Assembly: GCA_964057225.1 (NCBI GenBank)
Contig: OZ059896.1
Location: 9,486,001 to 9,550,000, forward strand
Reading direction: 5' to 3'
DNA from: Auanema rhodensis
Taxonomy: Eukaryota > Animalia > Nematoda
DNA length: 64,000 nt
Shown here: one piece after another, positions 12,849-27,353 of the stretch
How positions within the stretch are numbered: position 1 is the first letter of the stretch
How the letters are laid out: every line of letters begins with the position of its first letter
The notes under the pieces: model-generated
Told to the model about the DNA's origin: nothing
Seen by the model: the letters and a program-made list of their open reading frames with translations, nothing else
Databases searched by the model: none
Program-made: the position numbers and the translations under genes

Positions 12849-15800
12849 TTAGATACTTGTTTGATGACCGTACGATCGGGGTTCTGGTGTGGAAAATTGA
12901 GAATTGAATGGTCTAGTTTTTCTAAAAATGTTTTTTTTTAAGTAAAAAATTTGAAGAATATTCATTACCTGAATGTTGGTGTATATGTTTCATCTTCAAA
13001 ATTATTCATCGCTGTATTAAAGTTCTCATTCAATGGCTCTGTTTCTATTGACTATAAATATAATATTTTAAAATTATATGAAACTATATATTTCAATTAC
13101 CGGTGGACCATGTTTATATGATTCTTTGTCTATTCTTGATTCCATTTTTTCTGCTTCTACTTCTTTTCTATGTTGTACTTTCATGCACCAACAGCATAAG
13201 AAAATGAACATGATAGCTAGAATAAATCCTAGAGTTCCAAGAATAGCTGCAAGCCAGGTAAGGAAATTCTCCTTTTCACGAGAACGGCACCATGGTTGTT
13301 CTCCCTTATTCCATTCGAATCGATATTCATTTGGACGATTTCTATCAACAACTATTCCACCTATAATTAAAAGTATAAATATGTTCTTCTTCGACAAAAT
13401 GTTACATTTGTATTCGTGTGTTCCTTTGATCCAATGAGATTGGAAGCATTCAAAACGTGCAACATCTCCACTAAGATAAGCTGAATACATAGAAGATGTC
13501 TTCATTAAGTATTCTGGGTATTCGATATTGATTGGTCCACAACTATTATCTAAAAATATTTTTTTCATCTTTTAATTTGAAAAAATAGTTATACAAGATC
13601 TTGTGGCGTCCATTCGTTCTGTTGTGAAAATATTCCATTGATCTTTAAGAGCATTACCAAGTACCTGAATAATTGAATAATATTATTTCATTATAATTCT
13701 ATATAAAAACCTTGGAATTCAATGTTGTGTAATCAAATTGACAAGGAACACTGTCACCACATTCACTAAGGATAGATCCTGGATTATCAGGGCATTGTGT
13801 CATTCCATATGATTCTGTGAGCTGTGATTGTAATGGCTGTTGATTAACTAAAACAAATGATTATAATAAAATTCAAATATTATGGTTATACTGTTTGGTT
13901 GAATCTGTAAATCACGGCAATTTTGTAATTTCTGATTGAGTGACATTCCGGTAATAGGATAGAATCTCCATATACCACTGAAATTTAAGTTTAGATTTAT
14001 GATAAATGTTTGAGAAACTGGACTTACGTATGATATTTGGGAGCTGTTTGATAGATAGGTCCACTTTTCATTGCAGCTTCAGGGAAGACCTGAAATCAAA
14101 GAATTAATTTTTAAGAATCAATTCAAGTAATTTAATGTTACTTCGAACTTCTTGTCTTCATCTTTACTTGTTGTAAACATGTTATCAGTTGGAAGACCTT
14201 GATTATTTGAAGCAGAGAGGGATTGCTCACTACCGGTCTCTCCAGAACCTTGGACTCGATCTAAAGAAAATAAGATATATTTCAATTTGAAAATATTCAC
14301 TAAATGACATACACATGTTGATGATTTGTTGACGATATTGCTCAGAATTCACATCGTTCAAAGTAAGAGATTGCATATAACTGTTTGAAGTTTGGTCTGG
14401 GAAAGGACGCATCAATCCCTGGACGCGAGGTAGATTATAACGTTGACGAGCTTCAACTTCTCGTGTTTTGTCACCATCAGGTCTCTGCATTGGATTCAAT
14501 TAATAAAAAAAAGAGAAAATGAATGATGATATTGAAGAAAATTTGAAACTTACAACTCCATATTGAGGTGGGACACTGATTGCAACATTCAAAAGTCCCA
14601 TACTTTCTTGATAGTTCGATAAACGATCAATATCACGAGCATAAGATTCTCGCACACGGACACCGATTTGAGCTTCTTCTAGAACAGCATATATCTCAGG
14701 TTGACCTCGTTCAACGTTGTTAACGTAGATCAAAACTCCTAAAAGAGAGTACTGGTTAAGTTAGGATATAACTGAGTTGTAACCTTTGAAACGTTGAATT
14801 CTCATTGTATCGAAATATCGAAGAATATTACCAACAATAATACTTGTACGGTAACGGAATCTGCGAGTATCTTTTCTTGCAAGAATATGGACACGATCGG
14901 TTCCTGTAGCTTCTAATGTTACTCCAGTAATCACGGTAACGTTGGTAGGTTGTACCAAATCAGCTTGTCCCATATATCTTCCAAGCAAACCTGAAAGCAA
15001 TAGTTAATAGAACGAATTTTATCTCAATAATACACAATAAGCTAAATTAAAAACTTACTGAAATCAACACGACGATTAGGATAGCGTTCAATACGAACTT
15101 GAACTTTAACTTCTGGTGAAGTTGGTGTTTGAGGAATATACAAGTAGTTGAAAACTCCAGGTTCGTTGAAAATAAATTTATCATTATCGATTGTATTGTA
15201 TGTTCCAGCTCCCATTCCTTCTCCTAAAATTTTTTTATAGTTGTTATAATATTATATTTGAATAGTTTACCATAAGCAGGAGGTTGATATTGTTGACAAC
15301 CACTTGATGGACGTCTCCAATAGAACATTTGACAACGGAAATCAGCAAACTTGCAACATAAGAAGTATGGCATGTAATCATTGTGGAAAGCAGATAATCC
15401 AGGAACCTTAATACATAAATTAAAAAAATCATACTGAGTAATAGCTTACTTCATATTGTCCCATATAAGGTGATGTTCCAAACTCATATGCTCTCATGGG
15501 GAAACCAGGGTTATAGGGTACTTCAGGTGTTACCTAGAAAGAAAACATATAAAAAATATAAAATTTTGTTAAATTATTAGAAAACATATAGTAAATAGAC
15601 TTTATATGTTACCTTAATAACGGGCTGATAACTTGTTTGCATCAAATGACCAACATCATCATAGCAGCACACTTGGCCATAATGGGTTGGGAAGCGACTA
15701 AAAATAAGGATTTCTGTTATTAATTGTTTGATATTTTTATTATTCATACGCTGTATTTTCACTCGAGAAATGTCTTCCATTTCCAGCATAAGAACCATAA

Positions 15801-18800
15801 ACATTCTGTGCAGACATGTAACAATTTCTTGCTCCTATAGCAGTTGTACATGTAACATCTCGGAAAGCCTTAAGATTAAACAATATTGTTGTGTCAAATT
15901 ACTCATAATGAAACAAAATATAACAATGAAATATACAAATTCGTACCTGAGAACAACGTGGATGAGGCATGAATCTTCCAAGATCAGCAACAGCTTGTCT
16001 TTCAGTACATGGACAGGAAGAATTGGTTTCAGTATCACGAATGAAGTTCCACTGAGCTCCATCCTCATTATACCAATCATGACACATTTCTAAGGACTTC
16101 TTCTTTACAAACTGAATACGTGTAGCTTCATCGTTAGCATTAAAAGTGCTTCCACGGAATTTTGGATTATCGGTTGTCCAAAGCCAATGAAGAGAAATTG
16201 GTGCTGAGACTAGTCTATAATAATTTTTTAATATTATATTTTAAAATAGTTGATTGCATACCCAGAAAGTAAACTTGGTTCACTGTTCATTGTTGTATCA
16301 CTATTAGGCTTAACAGGTGCGAGCTTTAAATATCCAAATCGATAATTAAAAAGTTCATTCATACGCTGCCAATCATTCATATACCATTGTTCAACCTGGA
16401 ATATAATTATTTATAAAAACAAGTTTTAAAAATGATATAATACCTGATACAAGTTGATTCGTTCTTCTTGTGGCTTCCAACGATATTCATAAGTATTACG
16501 GTTACTATAAGTAGCAAGACGACAAAGAACACGATGCTCTGGACGGAACTTTTTAATCTAAAAAAAAAATACTATGTAATAATAATTTCAGATATTTGTA
16601 AGTTAATATCTGGTAAACCAATATGATTCATAATTATCTTTAAACTTACTCCATCATCTTTGAACTCTCTGTATCCGACGACATATAATCCAAGTTGAAC
16701 ACTGTATATGGAATCGTCTCCAAGTCTCATAGCTTGAGTATGTATTAAGAAGTCGGGATTAGTGAAATTTCGAGGATACCATGTCAATGGCATGACCTAT
16801 AAGAAGAACTTCGTCTGATTTTCATATTTCTGATACTTACACTATATGGAACAGGGTTTTTAAACCAATCATATACATTACCAATATCTAAACGCATGGG
16901 GTCAAGTGTAGGTGGAACTTAAATTAAATTTTGAAATTGTTTTTGAACAGTTTGAACAAACCAAAATAAATATATCCAACAAATGCTTTTTCATCATTTG
17001 CTCCTCCATTTTGTGGTTGGAAATAAACTGTCTTTGTACCCCAATCGTAAATTTTTGGTAAATGGCAGCGAGCAATTGAAGGATTGAGTACAATACATGA
17101 AGCAGCTTGACGTTGTTCTATCATCAAAATGTAAGTTTGGGTAGTATCCAAGCAGATAGCATTGATATCAACAGTCATTTCTCCAAGCATATTCACAATA
17201 TTGGGATAGATAAGCATTGGGTCTAAACGAAAAAATTAGAACTTTACAACTCAATTATTAAACATACATGTGCCTCCAGTTTTGTTGCTACACCCTCCTG
17301 GACGTACTACATCATCAACGCGGAAGACGTAACGTCCACGACCCCAATGAGGCATTGCTGATCTTTGAGCCAATACTTTTGGAGTATTTTTGTACATTTG
17401 AGTAGGATCAACGGGAACAGTACCAGTATGATTACCTCCATTGAATAATGCCTGGAATGATTCTTAATTGAATCATTGTTCTCATAAATTATCAAAGTTT
17501 TTAAACTCAAGAAGTGTAGAATTATGAAAGTTTAAGTGAGAATATGAGATGATTATGAAATTATAATGTTTGCTAAATACAAGGAAGAATATCATCCAAT
17601 GTAAATATATGATTCATATGAATAATAATAACTTTCTCGTGATTGATACTCTAGATTTAGAAAGTTAATATGATATTCTATCTATCTGTATGATAATGTT
17701 CAAACATCTTATTACCTGACATCTACCACTTCGAGAATTAGCACGGAAATCAGCAGCATCGAATCCAAGCTTATTGTAGTTAATAATAGCATAACTCAAT
17801 CTTGCAGCCTAGAAGTAAATGATTTTTTAAATTACTATAAATAGACATTTAAATGTTATTCTATACATGTGTGATTGATTACACAGCTTAAGCCGATTAA
17901 ATCAACCCATGCTCATGATAAGAATACTTTGCTTTGAAGTATCACACCTCTACTCTTTGGAATAAACCGCTATGAACAACTCTTGAACATATCTTGTTAT
18001 TAGTCATAATAATAATAACAAGTTAGAAATATTATTTAGAAATGTGATAATCTTACTTCATCAGTAAGCCAAATAAGTTGATATGTAGCAAGCTGTCCAA
18101 CATCAATGTCAGATCTTCCGGAGATTGCTGATGCTGTGTTATACCATGTTACAACAAGAGCGGCATCAGCACGGAATGCTGAAGCTCCAACAACTCCATC
18201 TAAAGAAATAACGTATGTACATAATGTAGGGAACAATTTTCTACATATTTAGATTATTGAATATGAATACTTATTTGATAAGAAATAAACTTTTAAAGAT
18301 AAACCTTGAAGAAGACGCATCATTTCGTCAAGGAAATAATCTGAATTCGAATCACATCTAACGTATTTGTCGGCAGCCCCTTTGCATGCCTAAAACAAAT
18401 ACAGTTTTCAAAAAATGTTAAGCTTAAGCTTACCAGCTGAGCAGATTGTTGGAAAAAAGAAGACGGTTGAGCGGATCCATAATTCATGTTATTACCGGAG
18501 CCTCGACCAAAAAGTGACTGTCTCATCATCAAACGATAGAAAACACCAGATCTCAATCCAGGATTTCCGTCTTGAGGAATCTAATAAGATTATGCATTAT
18601 ATATGTATTATAATATAAAACTTGAATACCTGTTGTTTACATAAATATGGAGCAATCATTGCAGGATCTTGAAGTCTTGGCCAATCTGTCATATCTGGAC
18701 CAACGTTTATAGTAGGACCTTGATCCATAACAGTTGCAAAAGCAATATGCCCATTCACAGAAATCTATAGCAATATATAAATATATTTAGAATTATATTA

Positions 18801-19157
18801 TATTCAGAAATACCGAAGTGTAATTATATAATCCTCCATAAAATGGGAAAAACATATGTAAATCGATAGTTTGTCCACTTGTTAAAAGACCTGGATTAAC
18901 TTCAAGATCTCCTACTTCTGGACCAAATGGAACCAAATTATCTGTACAACATTTCTTATAAAAAATACATAACAAATGTGTTTCAAACCTCCATAATATG
19001 GATTATTTCCAGTTCCAGTAAATAATGTACCTCCTTCGGGAGCCCCTACATTTTGATTTTGAACATTTGGAGCTGCAGGTTGTTGTACCTGAGCTAATGA
19101 GCTCGGTAACAATAAAGCTAGAAATATGAAAGAACGTTTAACCCAAGGTTCCTTCAT
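12849..19157 (-). CDS. Mesh/SUSD2-like type I membrane protein (signal peptide, NIDO, AMOP, vWD, sushi, TM); K03H1.5/F54D1.6-like family
   Basis: Signal peptide MKEPWVKRSFIFLALLL; FFPFYGGLYNY and ALVVTW...ATYQL (NIDO); CHDWY..SCPCT..QAVADLGRFMPHPRC and GQVCCYD (AMOP); GLLG (vWD); SCGPINIEYPEY (sushi); TM FLTWLAAILGTLGFILAIMFIFLCCWC; ends QTSI* (class I PDZ-ligand-like). Confidence 0.9.
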
Positions 19158-22100
19158 GAGATTCCTGAAAGAATATCAAATTGATCAAAATAGTTTAAAG
19201 ATCAAAAATAAAAAGAAGAGAACGGCATAAACAATTAATAAATTTAAAAAGTTAGATATAATTAATTTGATAACAAAATAAAGATAAACTATTTTTTACT
19301 ATATGAAGGATAGATGATCTTCGTTTCATTTGATGTTTTTAAAGTTTTTATAGAAATGACTAAGCTGGACCCGCGAAATCAATGCTATCTGTTATCAGAA
19401 TAGACGACAGGCCTTAAAGCTTGCCTGCTCGTTTGCTTGTTAATAATAGGACTCTACAACATACTGTCTCTCTATCTACTTCTCTCTATAAATTCTCATT
19501 TTTCTCTCTCCATTCTCTTCCTTACATGTTCAATCTCCTCTTTCTTCTCTTCTTTACTACTCCACTATTTTGCTTACTATCTAAATGATGGTGTATGTAT
19601 ATGAACCTATATGTATGTTCATAACGTAGTTATGATGAGCAATAGCGTAGGCGGAAGGAATCATGATGATTCAGAAAAGAAGACAGACTAAGTCTTATAA
19701 ACAACCTCAATACATATTCAAATTCACACAATCTACCAATTGTAGAAAAACAGAGACAAAATTCAATAGATTCTTTCAACAAAAAAATATCGGCGAAAAA
19801 CAGTTCTTATAGAATATTATAGAAATAGTATTTTAGATTTGAAAAATTGACTTTATTTTCAAAGAAATCAGGAACTTATATTCCTAATCATGAAAATAAG
19901 AAAATAGTATTGTAGTGTAGATTTATGATATAATTAATTAGAAGTAATATTGTCAACAGGAAGTTCAAAGGTTTTGACATAGCAAGTGGTATAGAAGGAG
20001 TGGGAAGGATAGTTTACACGTATTTACATTTTAGAAAAAAATACAAAAAAATACCTTTGCTATAGAAGTAAACATAATTAATAATCAAATAAACATGCTT
20101 TTCATTTAAAAAAAATAGATAAGAATATGTCTTGGAGTGAATTAAAGTTAATTTTTTATATATCGTTCAGTTGGAAATCTAAATAGATCCATGTTGTAGA
20201 ATCACGGTTTCAAAGATAGTTCAAACGATCAAATCATACAAAAAAAAACTGGCTTTTTATGAGATGTTTTCAAAAATTGATATTGTTAATCCCGGAAAAT
20301 CGGAGATGGTCTAGTCTGGCTATACCGGAATCTTGAAAATGTTGTTTACTTAAGCTTGCAGTGAACAAAAACGCCATTGGAAGAAGCTAAAAGAACGATA
20401 TATGAATCACTTTAGTGTCATTCAGGATATTCCCAGCCTTAAGTGTTTTAACAATCTATGCATATGAATAATATATGTTATAATATAATATTGATTGGTA
20501 ATATTATTTCATATGATAAGACTTGATTGTATGCCGTACTACTCGAACGAAAATTGAAACCGAAATAAACTGATTGCTAACATGAAAGAAACAACATAAT
20601 TATAATCATGTATATGTACATATATCAAAAAGAAAAAAAATGATGTTGAGAGAAAGAGATTATGAATATTCACTTTGTCCAGACTATATCTTGAATCTCA
20701 GAATGTTTAGTTGTGCTTCATAGAAACAGAATATGAATCATAAAGAGAATCTAGGAAAAGATAGAAAAGTTCCGAGATATAAGAGTGAATGCTGATATAA
20801 AAAAAAGCAATTTATAATATGATAAAGAAAAAAATATATATAAGGAGAAATGAATGCTATACTAAACAAGTGAAAGAGATGAAAGCATTGAGGTGAAAGA
20901 TAAAAAACTATTGAAAAAAAGGAAAGAAAGTGAGGGAGAGAACTGAAATAATACCAGAAGGATGAAAGAGCGGAGAAAAGAAGGAAAAGCGAGGGAAAAC
21001 AGGAAAGATAGTTGGGAAATAAGTTAATACAAGCTGATAAAGTAGATAAGAAAAAAAAAGAGCATGAAAGAGAACAACCGGTCATTGTAATTATCTCAAA
21101 GAAATTATCCATAATACTTGACTAAATGTGTGTAATTATCAAAAAAAAATTTGTTAAAAATAAAAATAAAAATGGTTTTGTTTGGAAAAAAAAGTTTCTT
21201 CTACTAGTATAATACTAAGTGAGCATAAGTTATAAATTAGTATATAGATAACGAATAAATGATAGATTATAAGTACAAATGTCAATGTAAAATGGAATGC
21301 ATCAATGAGAAATTGCCAACAACTTTGACTGTTGAGCACCAATATCCTATTAGCGAATTGCATGTGATTGGATGAGAAATATGTGTGCATATATGAATAT
21401 TCCAACATATCATGGCGGCTGTCGGCTAACGTCTTCGAGGTGAAACGAGGCGTCAATTGATCCTAAGGCTCGATTTATGGCTAAGTAAACAACCAAATCA
21501 ATGTATTTTCATCAGAGATTGACGGTGAGAGCAGAGAGGGCCTTTCCTATATGGTCATGGCCATATAGTCGTTCGCAAGCATACAAGCCTGACCGTTTGC
21601 GATCATGCTAGCATTACGATTAGCCAGACAATATGGAGGTTGAGCATTAAGCATACTACATATCAGCTATTGTCTCAAATCAAATGTGTAAGCCATAAAG
21701 GTATGATTTAGCAAAGAAAATAAGAAAAAAATTTGTAACATATTCTAATGAAAGTGATGATTTTTGTTTTTAAATATTAAAAGAAAATCAATATATGTCT
21801 TAAATCTGAATGCAGGACTAGAAAAAGGCATTAGGATGGAAAAAGTTGGTAGCTATGCTTGTTGTTTATTAATAAGAATGGTTAATTAAATGGTATGAGG
21901 AAGTAGTGATAACTATAATCAAGTCATAATTGTTTTTTTATCATTAAAATGAAATATTGTTTGATTATATAGGTTAAACATTTAAAAATAATTGATCATC
22001 ACTTTACTGAACACGTTGAAATGATGAAGGATGTGTTCTTTACCATTTGAAGGATGAAAAACACATATAAATGATTCAAACTTGAAGGAAAATAGAAAAA

Positions 22101-25100
22101 ATATACGCATATAGAACGGAACTTGTATCATATATCAGAACAAACATAGGATACTCACACATATAACTAAGCATCAGACAAGGACATCAATGTCTGTCAG
22201 GAGGTGTTGTCATCGTCGTTGTCATCCCCCCTCTTCCTATCTTCATCTTCGTCGTTGCCGTCGTTGCCTTCTTCCTCTTCGTCTTCAACGTCGTCATCTT
22301 CCTCTTTTCTTTCTTTGGCCTCTGATTCATCAGTAATGCAAATATTTAGTTGAATTTCAATCATAGCCAGCAACAATACGACCAGAGATGACAGTCCTGG
22401 ATGTAACCTTCTGGATAACACTTATGATATAAACAGTTTGTTATCAAAAGATAACATGAGTGATATAGCTTAAGATAATTGAGTAATTAGAAAATGAACA
22501 ATTCCGTTCCATAAGTAACCGGGGAAAACAGAATATTAATGGCACAGTAACAGTAAAGGATTCTCATCAATATATTTCAATTTCTCAAGAATTTATATTA
22601 TAATAGATTAATCAATATCTAACTAACTAAATTATTTTAAAAGCACAAGCACATCAAAAAAGTTGAAGTTGCGCATCAATGTTTTAGAGAATTGATAAAC
22701 AGAACGCGATGTGATTAGTTGTACCAACTATTGTTTAATCTGTCTATGCCAACACATGTAACTCAAGTTTTATCCTTAGATACCCAAAGAACTTTCATTC
22801 TTTGTCTGCTATATCATCTATACTACAGTTCTGGGGGAACACCCCCTCTCCATCTTCACAATCTAATTCTCACAGTGCGATTGAAAGCTCATGAATTGAT
22901 CATCCTATTCCAACCTTGTATTTACACGAGAGGGCGCTAGAAGGCAAAAAACGATTATCAAATAAAAAAAGCTAACGGAAATGAATTTGCGCATTCTTCC
23001 TATTTCCCACCCTAAGACAGAAATCTATGTATATAGTACATCACATGAAGGCAAATGAAGTACTAAGACAAAGTTATTTTTAAAAAAAAATAATAAGAAA
23101 TATGCGATAATATATAACACCTTATCAATTGTTCATGTCATTCTATTATTCCGAGATCGATAGAAGTGTGAAAATAGATTTCTGCAGCTAATCGGACAAG
23201 TAAATGCATATTCTGATGCTAATGTGTGATAAGCAATGCTGAAACATCAATTTAGATAAAAACGTATAAATTTTGGTTGATGTTATTTATAGATCAGTTT
23301 ATGATTTAACTATTATATGTATTTTAATATGATTTTATATGTCTGAAATTGAGAAAAAAAAGAAGGAAAAATGAGGACATGAATAATATGAAAACTACAA
23401 CAAGCAATCAGTAAAAGATTTTTCACTTAAAAATTTGATTTCAACGTTCAACTTGGATAAGACCGACTATTATAAGAATTTGGTTCAACAGGTTGAACTA
23501 GAAAGGAAAAAGAATGGGAAAAACTTGAGCAAACAATTGAACATGAGAGACTTAAGCAAGGTAAGAATACCCAAAGCATTAAAATGTAGAACATTGAATG
23601 AAACACAAATATTTTTGATTCGATCACTCCTTTTGACTCCAGAATTGTGTCTTTTATTAATTTATAATTTCTAAATTAATAGTTATTATAATAAGAATAT
23701 ATTATATGTTAAGGAGGAAAGCCAATGTTGAAAAAAAAATTTCAAGCTTCTTTCTGTTACTTGAATTTCAACATAAGTGAAGTAAAGTAAATATAGTAAT
23801 ACTTAGAGAAAATGACTTGTATTTACAATTTGTATGATCAGAAGTACATGACCAAAGCATTCTGTTTTATCGGTTCATCACCTTGAAAATGTTGGGGGTA
23901 ACAACGAAATATGTTATGTTGCGTATGAAAACTAAAAATAGAGAGAGAAAGAGAGAGCTCGGATAGAAAAGAAGCTGTGTTGTGGATGACTGGGACAGCC
24001 ATGTTACTCAGTTATGTTTGCCTTGCTCCGTCTCTCATATATTGGCACAACGAATCATTCAGAAGCCGACTGAAATCAACATCGTACTAACAAAAGAAAG
24101 TTCATGAAATTCTGTAATTATAACATTGGAATGTCAAAATATGAATTAATCTGTTGAACTATTACTTCGTCTTGTGACTCATTGAGATTGAGAAACAAAA
24201 TTTATTGAAAAAGAAGATGTCTAGTTATGCGAATAAATATTATTTTAGATGGCACATCTCTCAATTATAGATATTTTCATTTAAAAATAATATTTTACAA
24301 ATTTTGTTTCAAATAATCAAAATTCAATAATTATTTATATTATTGAAATTACGGTTACAACACAATCATTGTCTATATTACTTGGTAGTTATCTTCTAAT
24401 CTACTCATAACATCACCAATGTAATTCGAAATATTTTTTAAAAAGTATGACATATAATAAAGATTGAATATTGTAATATTATAATTACTTTCATTATGAA
24501 GCAATAACACTGAAAACACATAAACTTGTAATAAAAGTTATATGAATAAATGCCGACAAAGGAAAAATTAAATACATTAATCATGCTTATCATACGATAC
24601 CACAGGCATTCTAGTTTAATTGCAAGTATCAAAGAACTTCATTAAATTATACAAAAGGTTCTTTGAAAACATAAAATTAAAAATGTTATTTTTTTTTATA
24701 AATAAGATAATAAATTCTTACATATCTATGTATATTCACATTTAAACTACAAATAAACATGATTCACAACTTTAACATGTTATGATTCACAATTATAATA
24801 ATATTCTCATTCATTTAATGTATACATCATATGTATATGATATAAGATAGCAAACTTTATGATTAATTTCTTGATGTTAAAACTCATGTTTCAGAAATGT
24901 TTTAATATAGATTCGAGCCGTTTTCGCTGCAAATTATTTTTCAGTTTTCTCTTTTCTTCATCGCGTATTAACTATACATACATATATGTATACTATATCT
25001 ATATGATGTTGAATCAAAACGGCTGTCATAACCTTCATGTATACATAAATCGATTCAATATATCTATCTGTATATGTATATATAGTACTTGGAATGAAAA

Positions 25101-25566
25101 ACAAATAAATAACTGATCCTGGTTCTATCAGCTAGTGCAATGTGTGCTCTTTCTGGCTCATGAAGACAAATAAGGCGTTAATCTGCTTGTGCCAAACCTT
25201 ACATCTTTTCGTCGCCAAACAACTCTGAAACTAGAACAATTCGAGAGGGTGTCTCCAAATAGTTATAATAAGGTTACAGAATATAAAGATTGGAAAAGAA
25301 AATAATTTACTTATTATATGAATTGATTTATATTAAAATCAAAAGGGAATAGTTAAACAGTAAATAATAAAGAATAAACATTACTAATTGTTTGAATAAA
25401 ATTATTATTATACCAATATAGTTTTTCAAAAACCATCTCATAATGAGGAATATTGTAATTAGCATATTGATTAACTACTGTTCATACTCTACATTCTAAT
25501 TTACTTTGAAATCTTCAAAACAGAGCGGTTGAATGAGAATTATTCTAAAGAACGCAGAGCGGTCAA

Positions 25567-27353
25567 ATGAGATTTACTCTTCTTCTTATACTTTTTAATA
25601 TAGAATATTCAAGAATATGTGGATTTTTTCAAATTATGGATGATGAGAATGACATACTGTTCACCGATTCATATATTGGCAATGTTCAAGAGTTTGGTAT
25701 CTTTCGTTACATTTAGATATATTCGGTAATTTTTCAGTGAAGTCTCTCGATTAACAGAAAGAGGTGAATTGGATATCCTTCAGCACAAGTTAGGTGTTGT
25801 TGCATTGTATATGAGAATTTATAAAAGACTTGTGCCTACACAATCAGGAATAGGGTAAATTTGTTTATAATATATACATATATAACTATATATATATAGT
25901 ACAATTTAGATTTCTTCATCAATTTCCCGAACCGATCAATGATCTGAATAAAGAACTCTCAAGAGAATGTTTGGATAGCTTAACGGTATAGTAATAATAT
26001 CTTATACTATTTTATAGCAAAAATTATAACAGAGATGTATTAATTATGTATTGAGTTATCTTAAAATTGCTCAGCCTTGGTTGCAGCCCATTAATTCGTC
26101 GTTTTTTGAAGTATCTCTCAGGTTTTCATTAATTGATTCTTGTACAAAACAAACAATTGATTTTTCAGTAATGAAAACATGAAGCAATTTATAAATGACA
26201 ACCTGTTAAACTTGGAAATTTCAGCAGCTCAAGTAATAAAAATAATAAAAATATTTTATATTCAGAGAATCATCTGTTTATATTTTCAGATTTTGTGTTT
26301 TTTAGCTAGCAATGAAGTAAGTTCGTTCGAGCTGTTGCCATTCTGCGGATATGACATCAAAACTAATCATATGGTAAGAAATTAATTAATTAATTAATTA
26401 AAATTTCATTTTCAATTGATAAATTACTAAGTTAGTTTGCATATCAGTTTGCTTCAATTGATATATACTCAGTAGTTACAAGCCTTATCCAACTTTATTA
26501 TATTGATACTATAACACAGTTGTAGATATGGCCAGGTGGACGTATACAAGAAAGACCAGATTATTTCGATGAAGTTCTAGGAAAACCATTTGAATGTGCC
26601 ATCAAAAGGTACACGACGTTTTTCAGATCTTTTGTTTTCTAAACCCTTTTATCCAGCTTTTGTCCAGATCCCTGCTGCTCTGACGTAGATAAGAACAGTG
26701 TATTATTTACTGAGCGCGAATGTCATCGTAATGTCTGCAAGCGACCTGATAGATGCTATATGAATGTGAAGCAAAATCTACAACTAAATAATCAGAATGT
26801 TTTACTTTTAGCGTGATTTAAATAGCGAATTCAAGGCAATGCGAGCAAATAATTGGAATATATCTTGTCCTTGTGGCGATGGACATGAGTTTAGATCTGA
26901 TGTAGGTGAATGCGTTCATGGCAATGTATGTGGCAGAAGAAATGTCTGTCCCGGTAATATCATATATAAGTATATATGAAATAATTATTATAGTTTCTAT
27001 GTAATTGTATATTTGTTAAGATAATCAGCAATGTGTCAATATAGTTGAAAGTCCAGGATACGCTTGTATTTGTCAACTAGGCTACATCCGCACGGTTAGT
27101 ATCCTAATCAATCTCAGTAATTGTTGATTCGTTATCTTTGGCTTATGATCTCTATTACATCATTATTATGCTTTTTTTCGGGATTTCATATATGAATAGG
27201 GTTTAGGCTAAAAATATATGTATGGCTTATGGACCATCATCACAACATTGGCATGGACTAGCTTTCAGTGACGATCATCCATCAGGAGTCAGACGAGTCT
27301 GGCTACAAAACATTTTGACTTTTTTAATTCCAATTATAGTATTGAATATTTAA
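25567..27353 (+). CDS. Secreted/GPI-like Cys-rich protein with C-terminal EGF-like motif; ~10 exons, largely missed by the ORF track
   Basis: Continuous spliced frame: MRFTLLLILFNIEYSRICG (signal-like) ... CLDSLTRC ... ILCFL..LPFC ... PFECAIKSFCPDPCC ... CPCGDGHEFRSDVGEC ... CGRRNVCPDNQQCVNIVESPGYACICQLGYIRT|AKNIC ... NILTFLIPIIVLNI*. Confidence 0.8.

Noticed and set aside
13078-13437. Plus-strand ORFs overlapping coding exons (also 15728, 30298, 34400, 57801)
   Set aside because: Antisense shadows of the real minus-strand genes.
20738-21456. ORFs of 100-124 aa rich in F/L/S/Y (also 41155-41529, 52775-53394)
   Set aside because: Translations of purine-rich or microsatellite low-complexity DNA with no domain or splice structure.
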